Shown here: positions 33,359-45,100 of the stretch, one piece after another
Layout: the number at the start of each line of letters is the position of its first letter
Position numbering within the stretch: the stretch's first letter is position 1
From: Rhizaria sp. SCN 62-66
Taxonomy: Eukaryota
NCBI GenBank assembly: GCA_001724265.1
Contig: MEDY01000099.1
Coordinates: forward strand, 1 to 64,000
Direction of reading: 5' to 3'
DNA length: 64,000 nucleotides
Notes under the pieces: model-generated
What the model was told of the DNA's origin: nothing
Database searches by the model: none
Seen by the model: only the letters and a program-made list of their open reading frames with translations
Position numbers and translations under genes: made by a program

Positions 33359-35260
33359 TTACGCGAAGGGGTCAAGCGAATCGAGCGAGTTAGTGGGCTT
33401 CTTAGCGGGCGCAGAAGTGGTCGAGGACGCCCCGTAGCTGCTGGTGCTGCGCGCTGCGCCGCCCTGGTTGTTGCTGCTGCCGGTGCTGCCGCCGCCAATG
33501 CCGCTAAAGGGGTCGAAGACGAGCCCGTTAGAGCCGGGCTGCTGCTGCTGCTGACCGTACATGCCGCCCTGGTTCAAACCACCGAAGGAGTTATTCTGCT
33601 GCTGCATGCCGTAACCCTGGTTCATGCCCATGCCACCGTAGCCCTGGTTCATCTGGCCCATGCCCATGCCGCCGTAGCCCTGCTGCTGCATGCCGTAGCC
33701 CTGGTTCATACCCATGCCACCGCTCATCCCGTAGCCCTGATTCATGCCACCCATGCCCATGCCGCCGCCGTACATCTGCTGCTGCTGGTGCTGCTGCTGG
33801 TGCTGCATGCTCTGCTGCTGCAGCATCGCAAACGGGTCCGCCTGCGGCTGCTGCTGCTGCTGAGGCTGGCCCCACGCATTGTTGCTGCCGTTGCTGCCGG
33901 TAGAGGTCGACCCGCCCAGCGCAGAGGCCAGGAAGTCGAAGTCGCCGCCGCCAGACTGCTGCTGCTGCTGAGGCTGCTGCTGCTTCGCCTCGGGCTCTCT
34001 CGACGCCGCCGCGGCAAAGGGATCCACCGCCGCGTGCGCAGACGCCGCAGCGGGCGCGGGGGACGACTTTGTGGCCAGCGACGAGCGACGCGCGGTAGTG
34101 TTGTTGCTGGGGGGCGCGAGAGTCGCGGGCGGGGCGGCGGGCGCGGCAGTCTCGCCAGTGGCGACGCTAAACGACGGCGGCGCGGGGCCGTCCTCCTGGA
34201 ACGGGTCGGCGCTGCGGGCGGCGGCGCCACCGCGCGCGGCGCCGGCGGGCGCGGGGGCCGGGGAAGCCTGAACGCGGCGTGCGTTGTCGTTGGCCCACTG
34301 GTCGTTGCCGTTGTCGTCGAAGGGGTCCTCGTCGTCGTCGCGGAAGCTGGCGCGGCCGCGGGGCTTCTTGCCGCCCGCGCCGCCGTCGCGGGGCCCGTCC
34401 TGGGTGAACTCGTCGATCCCCATGGAGCCAAACTCGTCGTGGTACTCCTCGTCGTGGGTCGAGCGCGTGTTGCCGCGCGCGCCGCCGGCGCCGCCTCTCG
34501 CGTTGCCATGGGCGTCGCCGCCGGAGTGGGAGCCGTGGCCGCCGTAGCGGTCGTCGTTGTTGTTACCGCCGCCGCTGCCGGGCTGGTAGCGCGAGTTAAA
34601 GTTGGTGTTGGAGTAGCCGCGGAAGCGGTTGTCACGGTTAAGCTGCTCGGCCTTGGCGCGCTCCTCAGACAGGAGCTCGTCGTTGGTCAGCAGGCGCAGC
34701 AGCGGGCCGGCTTTGAGACGGATGTCGCCGCCCACCTCGCGGTTCTCGTCGTTGTAGAACTTGTAGCGCGTCAGTTGCTCGATGTCGCGGCGGCGCATCT
34801 TGCAGTCGTCGATGAAACACTCGTCACCGTGGCGCAGCACGTAATCGACGAGAATGAGCGCCTTAAGCACGTGGCGCGGCTGCTCGTGGTCGGTCACGCG
34901 CTTCCAGATCATGGCGAACATCTTCTGGTACTCCGTGGGGGAGTTGCGCGTCGCCGCGGCAATCTCGTGCATCTGAGTGGTCAGAACAGCGATGTAGATA
35001 GGGAATTGAATTGTGAGTGACGGAGTGAAAGGAACAATTAAAGAAGAAATAAATCAGTAATTTAAGCTTGCACCGTAGCTAGGGGCAGAAGGAGAAGGAG
35101 TCTGACGTTAAATTGAGAGCGTATTAATCGCCAGAAGATTTCGTACCTGAGAGCTGGAGGCACCCCACGCCTCATTACTGGTGCATTCGCGGACCTTGTT
35201 CTCCAGGTCAGTGTAAGTCACGCTCTTCGCGGCGCGGACAATGCTCTTAAGCTTATCCAT
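33359..35260 (-). CDS. ENTH-domain epsin-related clathrin adaptor (epsinR/CLINT1/Ent3-like); exons 35260-35147 and 34972-33359, ~575 aa
   Basis: ENTH motifs YTDLENKVRECTSNEAWGASSSQ|MHEIAAAT..IWKRV..HVLKALILVDYVLRHGDE..DIRLKA..LLTNDELLSEER; six DPF motifs, a DFDF motif and a Met/Gly/Gln-rich C-terminal region. Ends TAA. Confidence 0.92.
34973..35146 (-). other. Spliceosomal intron (174 nt) in ENTH gene
   Basis: CAG|GTACGA donor, CTCAG| acceptor, phase 0; restores the ENTH WG.SS.QM motif. Confidence 0.92.
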
Positions 35261-36177
35261 GGCGAGAAAAACTCTGCGGCAATCAACAGAACAAATCGGA
35301 AGGTGGAGTGAGCAGATGAGCAGAAGAAAGTCTGGGTCACCAGGAACGTCGTCGGACTGAGGGAAGAGTAGTTCTTATGCAATACATACAACGTCAAGAA
35401 ACAGTTAAAGCAGTAAATTCAAGTCATCACAAACACCGATAACCCATGCAGCACGTGAAATCTTCACAGCATGCCGGGGGATCGAAATATCCGAAAGCGA
35501 AGTGACGGGCGAGAAGTCAATCCATCCATAGAGAGTGACCGAGAACAAAACTATCGACCCCGGCCGTGGCTCTTTGTGAACTTGAACGCGGAAACATAGA
35601 CAGTAGCTTGCGTGTAGACTTAACGCTTTTCTCCATGGCGGCGCCTATATCCAGTCGGCGCACTCGCGGGGCCACAATCAGACTTCTCCTCCAAGGCGAT
35701 TTCTGTGGTGCATCACTGTGTCCCGGGATTTTCTGCGAACCGCGCCTAGTCTGTCCAGGCAGGCAGCGGTCGTTACCAGCAAGGTCGCCTGATTTGCAAA
35801 TGGAATCTGCGCGAATTCTGATCGTCTTTATTGCAGTAGACGACGGATATCGGATTAAAATTGAGTTTATTTTGCTATGTTTGCCCCGCACTTCTATATC
35901 AAGATGCCTTGCACTCGATATCACTTGCTTCTGGAGGGCGATTTGTACCGTAGGATTAAGTCGTCTTAGCAACTCTTAATTTGAGATTTTCGGCGGGATT
36001 TTGTGTCAAAACTATTTTTTACGCTGTTTCTATGGAATTTTACATTTTATCATACTGGATGACTTGTATTTTTTTGATTTTGACATTGTTACAGGCTTCT
36101 ACGCGCGTCTATTCGTACTCTTCCGTCTGATCCCGCCTTCAGTTTTCTTGCCCTTGTGTCCCGAGCCCTGCGCTCCA

Positions 36178-39100
36178 ATGGACTCTAATAGTTCATCGCG
36201 TCCGGGCACGCGTCCTAGCATTGATCATGCTTTCTCTGCGTTCCCATCGTCTTCCGCAGGCATTGCTCTCGATGACTTGATCGCGCCGAGCACCCCGGGA
36301 CTCGTTTCCGCCAGCGTACCTTCATTTCTTCCCCCAGACATGCAACTCGCGTCTGCACCGCGCCCTCCTTCAACCCAAGGACCCGCGCAGTCATCTCACG
36401 TTTCAGCAGCGGGCTCCCGCACAGTCTCCCGCCTTGCATCAGCGTCCTCGTTCTCGTCCGCCTCCGCTGCTGCTACTGCTGCGGCTCCGGCAGCGAGTCC
36501 AGTGGCTGGGGCCGCGTCGCTGCCCGTGCTGCTGCCCGCGCCGTCTCTGTCCCCGTCGCTGACGCCGTTTGGCCTGGCGATTATCCGCGAGGCCTACCTG
36601 CCACCGCACGTGCTGTCCCTCTGCGCTGCGCGCGCCGCCGCTGGCACGCCGCTCGACGATCGTTCGCGTCTGCTGCTCGCGCTGCGCTACTTCACACACC
36701 CGGGCCGCGCCGCAGCCGCCGCGTTGGGTCCCGACCTCGCGCTGCCTCCCGCGCTGCCACTGGACGCCTCCGCGGACGCCGCCGCCGAGCCTGTCGCCGA
36801 GACGGCTGCGTGGAACGCCCCGGCGTGGGGCTCCGCATACGGCAAAATCGGCGCTCTCGCACGGGCGCTGGCTCCCGCGCAACTGCGCACGCTCATGGGT
36901 CCCTGCCCAACGTCACCCGCTGCAGCGGCCGCCGCAGCCTCAGCAGAGGCCGCGCGCACCGGCGCGTCGCCTGACGCGGCAGTGGCGGGGTTCCCCTTCG
37001 TCTCCGCGCTGCTTGCGTCGGCGATTCCGCCCCACGCGTTCCTCTGCTTGCGCGATATTGTCGAGACAGCGCTGCGCTTGCACGAGGCCCGTGAGGGCGC
37101 GCTCCCGCCGCCGCTGCGCGCCGCCGCCGTCCGCGCGCGCGCCACCGCCGCCGCGCTCGCCGCTGCGCGCTCCGCCGCACACGCCAGTGCCATCAGTTCA
37201 CTGCACCACAGCACCACTGCAGCAATCAGCATGCCCGTTGCAGCCAGCAGCGAGGGGGCGGCAATGGTGCTGGCTGCCGAAGCCGCGGGGCTTACTCCCG
37301 ACGCCGTCCGCGAGATGGTCGCCCCCCGCCTCTTCTCTATAGCCGCAGCCCCCGCGGACGCCGCTGAGGCCGCCATCACCGCGGCTGCTGCGGCCGCCGC
37401 GGGCGCGCTGCGCGGTGAGTCGTGGCCGGAGCCCGTGGCGGCGCTGGGTTCGCTGCTCTTCGCGCCGCCGTCCGCGTCTTCCTCCTCTGCGGCCGCCGCT
37501 GCTGCGACGGCGCTGCCCGCGACGGTGGCGAACCTGCGGTGGACGCCCGACACGGAGCTCGCCGCTGCCTTTGCGGCCTTCCTGGACGCGGCAATGGCGC
37601 ACCCGGAGCCGTTACTGCGCGCCGCCGTGCTGCGCGCGCTCGCGCGCTGGGACGTGCTGACTGCACTGGGCGTGCTGCGCTGCTCAAAGGCGCACGGCGC
37701 TGTTGTCAACACGCTGCTGGCTGTGGCACGCGGCGACGAGGCGGCGGCGAACCGCGTGGCGGCGTCGCACGTGCTGTTGCACGCCGTGCTGGCGCACTAC
37801 GTTGTCGACTTTGCTGATGCGGGCGACGCCGCCACAGGCAAGGCCGCCTTTGTCGCCGGTGTGCTTGATCAGGCCGACGCCGCCGCTGCCGCCGACGCCG
37901 CCGCCGTCGCCGCCGCTGCAGCGAGCCACGCCGCCTCTGACGCCGCATTCGCGCCGGGCCCGCGCCCGCGCCGCGGCTCTGTCTCGGGATCCACCGGCGC
38001 GATGCTGATGCCCTCGACGTCGTCGTCAACGTCGTCGACGGCCGTGGACCCCGTGGCGGCTGCGTCGCTATCGACGCTGTCCACGGTGCTCGCGCAGACT
38101 TTCACGACTATGTGCGCTGGCGTGCGCGTGCGCCCCTCGGCTGTGGTGTGGGCGGCTGTCGCCGCGGGCACTGAGCTGTCGCAGCGCCGCCAGGAGCAGC
38201 TGGCCGCCGCCGCGCGTCGTCGCATGAACGTCGGCTCCACGAAGCTCAGTCTGCAGCACCACGTATCTGCTGTCGCAGGCGCGGTTGTTCCTCACCCGAT
38301 GTCTCCGGATGCAAACTCGCGCCAACTGACCAATTCTTCCGGTGCCATCGGTGCCGCTGGCGCGGGCAACGAGTCTGGAGGCGCACAGCAACAACACCAG
38401 CAGGGCAAACAGCGGCAGCGGCGCGGCTCCACCGCGGCTGCGCTAGTTGCGCCCTCGCTGTTCGAGGCGCTGCCGGGACTTTCCGACTCCGAAGCTGACA
38501 CCTCTGTTAACGCCAGCGGCGAGGCAGTGCCGCTAGTGTCTGTGCTCGATCTCGTACAGCCCGGCACAGGCGCAGGTCGCGGCCCCGCAGCACAGGGCTC
38601 TAGCGAAGGTATCTCCGCGCGGTTGCTTGCGGACCTGCCCTCATTTGCGCACCTCACGCTGACCGCTGGCCAGACCGAGGCCGACACCGCGGACATCGCT
38701 ACTGGCGCAGGTGTTGAGGCGGACGAGGACGCTGCGGCGCACGCGGCGACCGAGCTGTCAGTGGCTGCCGCGCTCTTCACCACAGCTTTCGTTGACGCTG
38801 CGCCCGCAACCGTGCTCACACACCGCTTCATTGCCGACACTGTGCTTGCGCTTGCCACGCCCGCGGCCTCAGCCTTCGCGACGGGCGACGCACTGGACCC
38901 CGCGGCCGCCGTGCTCCCTCTGGTCGCTGCAGTGCCCGCGCGCTCAGAGGCGCTGCGCGGACTCACCGGCAGCGGCTCTCTCCACTCGAAGCCGGTCTTT
39001 ACGCTGATCGCTGCCTTTTGCGCGATTGCGCTTGCGCGCCCGCAGCTGGCGCACACGCAAGCCAGTCTGCTGCGTCTCTGGGCCTTCACGCTTTGCGAGA

Positions 39101-42100
39101 CGGGCTCACTGCCCTCAGCCTCGTCTTCCACGGCTTCTGCCGCCGCAGCCTCTGTGCTGCGCGCGTCGTCGACCGTGACGACTGCGCACGCGCGCGTGTT
39201 CGCGGCTTTCCGCGCCGCGCCCGCGCTTCGGCGGCACCCGGGCGCGCAGGACGCGTGTTCCGCCGTGCTCTCGCGCTGGCAGGATCAGCTTGAGCTGCGC
39301 CGCCGTCTGCTCATGCGCTCGCGAGCTGCGCGCGCATCGCTTCTCAAACAGGCGCTGATGTCGCCTGACGCCGCCACCGCCGCAGCGGCCGCCGCGGCTG
39401 TTGCTGGGCTCGACTCGGGCTCCGGCGACTCTGCTGCGACGGCGGCCTTGCTCGCCTCGCTTGCCGCGGGCTCCGATCACACCGGCGCGGGCGGGGGTCT
39501 GGACGAAGATGACCTGCGTGAGCTGGAGCTCGAAGTCGAGGCTCACGCCGCGCTTACACTCCGTGGGCAGGTCAACGCGCTGCGCCGTGTCACTGCACTG
39601 CCGGGCCGATACGCTGTGCTCTCCGCCTCCGCCGCAGCTGACGCAGAGGGCGCTGAGCGGCAGCGCGTGTCCGGCGGTGGCGAGGCCGACGAGGCCGCGG
39701 GTGCCGCGTCCCTGGTTGGCACGCGCGCGCTCACTCTCGCGCTTCCCGCGCGTCTTGACCCCGCGTCTTCCGCGCCCGCGCCGGGTGTGAGCGCGTTGGT
39801 TGCCGCGGCGGCTGGCAGCGGTGTCGTTCTGCATATCCTGCCGCCCGCTATGGAGGGTGTCCCTGCGGGCGCCGTCACTGTGCCGCCCGCCTTTCGCATC
39901 GGCAGTTCCGGCGCCACTGCGTCCGCTGCTGCTGCGGACGATGATGAGACGACGGTGTTATCGCGCCGTCTGTTTGTGCCCGAGGGTTACACGCCGCTGC
40001 TCACCGCGAGCACTGCTGCCGTTCCCAATTCTGCCCTTGCGCCTCCGGCTGCCGCTACGGCTGACGGCATGGCATCCGCCAGTACAACGCTGCTGCTGCC
40101 GCGTCTGCCGCCTTTTACTTCTGCACGGCCCATCGAAGCCGCTGTGGCGCAATTCCGCGCGCAGGCGAAGCTGCTGTACGAGGCGAACCGCCACAAGTAC
40201 TCTCACTCGCTGCGCCGCATGGGTCGCGCGTGCGGTTTCTTCCGTGTGCCTTTTGGCTTCCGACCTGGACCGCTCACACGGCTGCCGTCGCAGCCGCAGC
40301 GCGCGCACAGCGCCTTCATTGACGATCTCTACGGCCACTACATTGCGCTTGCGAAAGCGCGTGGCCAGGTTTTCCGTGCTGCGCGCGCGCTCTCTGGCAC
40401 ATCCGATGCCGCTGCGGTTGCCGCAGTGGCCGCTGCTGTGGCGCGTCTGTCGTTATCATCGCTGCCGCTGCTTGCGCCGCATCTTGCTGCGATGCCCGCG
40501 TTCGCGCGGCGCGCGCTCGCCACCGCTGCTGCGTCAGCCCGCGCGCTTGCGCTGATCCCCGCCTTCACTGGCCCCGCGCCGACTCGCAGTGCGCGCGCGA
40601 CAGCTCGTGGTTCGGGCGTCGCCGCGCTGCCGCTGCTGCCTCTGGCTGACAGCGGCAGTGACGCCACGGCCACTGCACTCGTCCCGGCCAACGCCCCCTT
40701 AGCGTTGGCTGCGCTCTCCGTCGGCGCAGTGACTGCCGGCAGCAGCCGGCGCGAGCAGCGGCAGTACGCACAGCTGCTGATGGAGGTGCGCGCTGAGGCG
40801 GAGCAGCTTCACGAGCAGCGTGTGGCTCTGCTTCCGCGTCTTGAGGCGACGGCAGCCTCGCTACGCCAGGTGCGCGGCTCGCTGGCGGCTCTGGAGGCCT
40901 CGGTCGCACACGTTTTTACAGCCGCCGGTGTCGGTGAGGAGGCTATTATCCACGCTGCCACGGCTGGCAACGGCGCCGCTGTTGCAGCTGTGACCGCTGA
41001 CGTCGACAGCGGCGATGAGGATGACGAGCCTGCCGCGGCTAGCCTCTCCGGTGAGGCTGACGACGACTCTGCGTTTGCTGCGTACTTCGACGCCCCTGCA
41101 CAGGCCGCGCCCGCAGCTGCTGCGCTCACGGACGAGTCCGTTACTGGCACCGCGTCGCGCCCCGACACGGCCCGCTCAGCGGCATCTGGTACGGCGACGT
41201 CTTTGACGGCGTCTTCGCGCCCAACCACTGCGGCGCGCACGCTGCTGGCCGCGCCTTCCTCCAACGCGTCCTCTGCCGCGGGCGCTGGGCCGGGCGCGCG
41301 CGTGCCCCGCGGTGCGAACCCTTTCGGCGTTCCCGCACGCTTTTCGGCTGCGCGCGCGGGCGAGCTCTCAGCGCTCACGCTGCGTGAGCTGCTGCGTTGC
41401 ACAGACTTGTTGTGTGAGGTCTACGGGCCCTCTGAATTGGCACCCGTCGCCGCTGCCTTCTGGCTGGGCCCCATGCACACCGTCTTGCACGCTGCGCTTT
41501 CGGTTCTCAACGGAACGCTCGCTCTTGTCCCCGCAGGCGCTGTCAAGGCTCGCGTTGCAGCCGCGCCTAATTCTTCCGCAACCGCGCTTGCCGTGCGTTC
41601 CGGTGCTTCTGTCCCCACGGCTGGTGCAACTGCGTCGTCTACGGGCAAGAAGTATATCGGCTCTGCCACCGCCGCGCTCGCCTCGACGATTGGTCCGCAC
41701 TCGGCCGCACTTGTGCCGCGCCGCGCGCGCCGTACACTCGCCGCCGTTCTGCGTGCTGCCTCTGGCACTGCAGCCGCTCTTGCGGCTCCTACCACCGCAA
41801 CAGCGCCCGTTGCCTCAAGTTTTTCTGCTGCGGCGTTTGTGGCTGCGGCTTCGGGCGAGGACATTTTCACGGCTGCCGCGGGTGCCGCTGACGCGATGTT
41901 GATGCATCTTCAGGCTTCCCTCGCCGCGCACGTTGCTACGACGGCCCCTGCGCCCGCGCCCGACTCTGCGGCTGCGACTGTCTCGGTCGCGCCGCGCGAG
42001 GGCTTCTACGGGGCTCCTTACTCGCGTCTCACGTTCCTTCTCTCGCTGGCGCGCCGTCTGCTCTCGGCATCTGCGCCGCCAACACTGTTTCCGCGCACGC

Positions 42101-45100
42101 CCGCGAGCCGGCGGCTGCCTGCGCTGAGCGACTCTTTCTCCGCGGCGTCACTCTGCGATACCTTGGCTGCGCTCGCACGCGAGGCGCACCAGCCTGTCGC
42201 AGCCGCTGCAGTGGACCGCTTCCGACTCGCACTTGCGGGCACGCTGGGCCCTGTTGCGGCGCCGCTGCAGCTGCTCGCGGATCTACGCGCCACACTGGCT
42301 GGAACTTTGACCGAGGCCGCTGCCACGTTGCAGGTGACGACTGTTGTCGACTCCACGGCTGTTGCATCTCAAGACGCGAGTGGTGTGGCGGCTGGTGGCG
42401 CGGCGCGGTCCTGGCGCCGGCGTCACGAGGAAGTGCTTGAGCGTGTGCTTGAGGTAGCCAATACAGTCAAGACAACGCGCACAGTGAACGCGCTGACGGC
42501 GTCGATGTGGGGACATGTTTGTGACTTGTTGTCACGCCGTCTCCCGCCTACGCTCGCCATCACGACAGGCGCGAAGGACGTGCTCACAACACTTTCTGCC
42601 CCGCAGTCCGTTGCTAAGGACGCGCTGGCTGCGCTGAATGAGTTTGCTGAGGTGCTGCGCGCGTCATCAGCGTCGCTTGGCGAGCTCCACGCCGAGCAGC
42701 GCGCGTGGACTGCCGCTGCAGATGACGTTGCACGCTTGCTTCAGGGCATTGAGGACTGCATTATGCTCCACTCTGGTGTTGCACCTGGCTACAACGTTGT
42801 TGTCTCTGCTGATGGTTCCGAACTTTCCGCCCGCGGCCGTGCTATTTCGCCTACCTACCCCGTGTCGACGCTGCTCGTGCTGGCTGAGGCCCGCGCTCTG
42901 GCCGCTGCGCACGCGGCGCGCCTGCCTGCGCCCGCACTTGCTGCTGTGGAGGTTGCGGTTGGCGGCGCGCTAGACTTGCGCTTCGACCGCGCTACAGGTG
43001 ATGGTGTGGCCACCGCTGCTGGCGAGCCTGCGCTTGACGAAGAGGCTCTGGAGACGGCGCTTGGAGAGGCCATCGCTGCGCTCGCATACGCCAAGCAGAG
43101 TCATTCGCTCCGCGCGACGGGCGGCTCGTCCGCTGCTGCTGCTGCAGCTGCTGCGGCTGCTGCATCGACTACTGCCGCTGCTGCGACAAGTGGCGGTCGC
43201 TTTTCCGAGTCGTTGCACCGGCAGCTGGTGTCTCTGGTGACGGAGCTGCGCCGCCGCATTAACAACGCTGGCCGCCTTCACCGGTGCGCTGTGCGCGGGC
43301 TCGCTTCCATCATGGGCGCCGGCACTAGCACTGGTTCCAACAATGCTGTGGCACTGGAGAGGCTTGTTGAGGCGTTCCTGCGCTGTGAGTCTCCCCGCCA
43401 GCAGGCGGAACACCTACTCGCCCTTGCCACCGGCACGGGCTACGTTGCTCCCGCGCACCACCACGCCTTCTTGTCTGCGGCCGCAGAGCATGCAACGACC
43501 CTTCTCCGTTTGCACCCGCTGCCTGTGGCCATGCCATCTCTTGCGCGCCTCGCACTCCTGGCGCCCGCCGCTGCCCTTGCACGTGGTGCTGCGGGCGTGC
43601 CAGCACCGCTACCCGCGCCCGCGCTTGCACCCGCTGTGCTGTCGTACGCTGCTGGCAGTCCTTCTTGGCTGCGCCCCGTTGCGGCGACCGCAGAGCCCAC
43701 CGCTGCCACTCTGGCCGCGATTGCCGCGCTTGCTCCCTGTGCGCCCGCTGCTGCGCCAGCGGCTGTGGCAGCGCTAGTGACGGCGCTGCAGCCGCTGTTG
43801 CGTCTTGATCCCGCCTCTACTGCGTCACACGCACTCGCGACGGCTGCCGACGAACACCTTCCCGCGGCCGCCGGTGCTGACTCCGAGGCCGCGTGGGCTG
43901 CAGGCCGTCGCGCATGGACGCAGACGGTGCGCCGCGCGCGGCTGGTGGGCGCCGAGATGCTGCGCGTGCTGGCAGTTTCAGAGTCGGTCTATACCCGCGT
44001 CGAGACCGCGGACCTGCTGGCTGAGTTCACACTGCGCCCCTCGGAGCGCTTCCCGCTTGCTGGCGGCCTGGTCAAGAGTGGTCCCGGTGCGGCGCGTCCT
44101 CAGCTCACCGTTTTAGTGCCATCAAGCTCGCAGATTGAGACTGTGGGCGCGTTGGGGTTGCCTGATGACGCTCTCGCGACTGCAACTGAGGGCACCGAAG
44201 AGAACGACGACGGCGCCGTTGACACAGCCATTGCTGCGGCGTCTGCTGCTGCCGCCGCAGCAGGCGCTGTTGATGTCCCGTTGGCGCCGCTGCGCGCGCT
44301 ATATACGGTGCACGGCCACCGCGGACTTGTCTCCATTCCTGCGGGTGTCATCGCTCCCGGGTACACGTCCCCTGAAGCTGTTTCCGCACTTGCTGCTCTG
44401 CGCAGTGTGCTTTTGGGCTCTCCTGTGCTTGATGACGCGGCTACCCGTTACGCTCTTGCTGCCTCTTCATCTGCGTCTTCTGCTGCTGCGGCTACTGCGC
44501 TCTCTGCGCGTGTTGCGGCAGCCGCGCAGAACCTCGACTGGCGCGCTTTGCTCTCGGCATTGGGCGATGCTATTGCTTTGGCATCCGATGGCTATGACCG
44601 CGAGCGCGGGCGCTGGCGCGAGCAGTGGGTGCAGCTGCACTTGGCGCTGGGCAGCGACATTGACGACCTGATTGTGCTGCTCAACGACCGCCCGGCTGCC
44701 ACTCTCGCGCCAGCTGACTCTTCTTCTCCCGCTCCTGCCCGTTCGCCTGCCCCCGGCCGCGAAGCTTTGATGCTGCGTCCTGCACCGGCCGCCTCGCCCG
44801 CGTCGTCTCGCGCTGTGACGACTGCGCCTCGCGCTGGCACTGCTTCTGGCGTCAGTGTGCGTGATGAGTTTAATCAAGCTGCCGCCGCTGCGGCCGTTGA
44901 TCCTGAGGCTGTTGCGGCGGCTGCGCGTGCGCAGGAGGCATTGGCGTTGGCGCAGACCGTGCGCGCGCCGTGCACTGCGCTTTGGGCAAGCTCTGCTGCC
45001 GGCACTACGCTTGCGAATGTGCTTACAGTTACCCCTGCCGCAATGCCTGGCGCTTGTGCTGGAGCGGGCTCACTTGTGCGCGTGAACGGCTTGGCCGCGG

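Noticed and set aside
33209-35020. 603-aa plus-strand ORF
   Set aside because: Antisense to the well-supported ENTH gene; its poly-Leu mirrors poly-Gln.
35517-35979. Overlapping 137-151 aa ORFs and a weak X-box-like CTCCATGGCGGC in the epsin/giant spacer
   Set aside because: Non-ATG starts, composition unlike the real genes, and a poor match to the RFX consensus.
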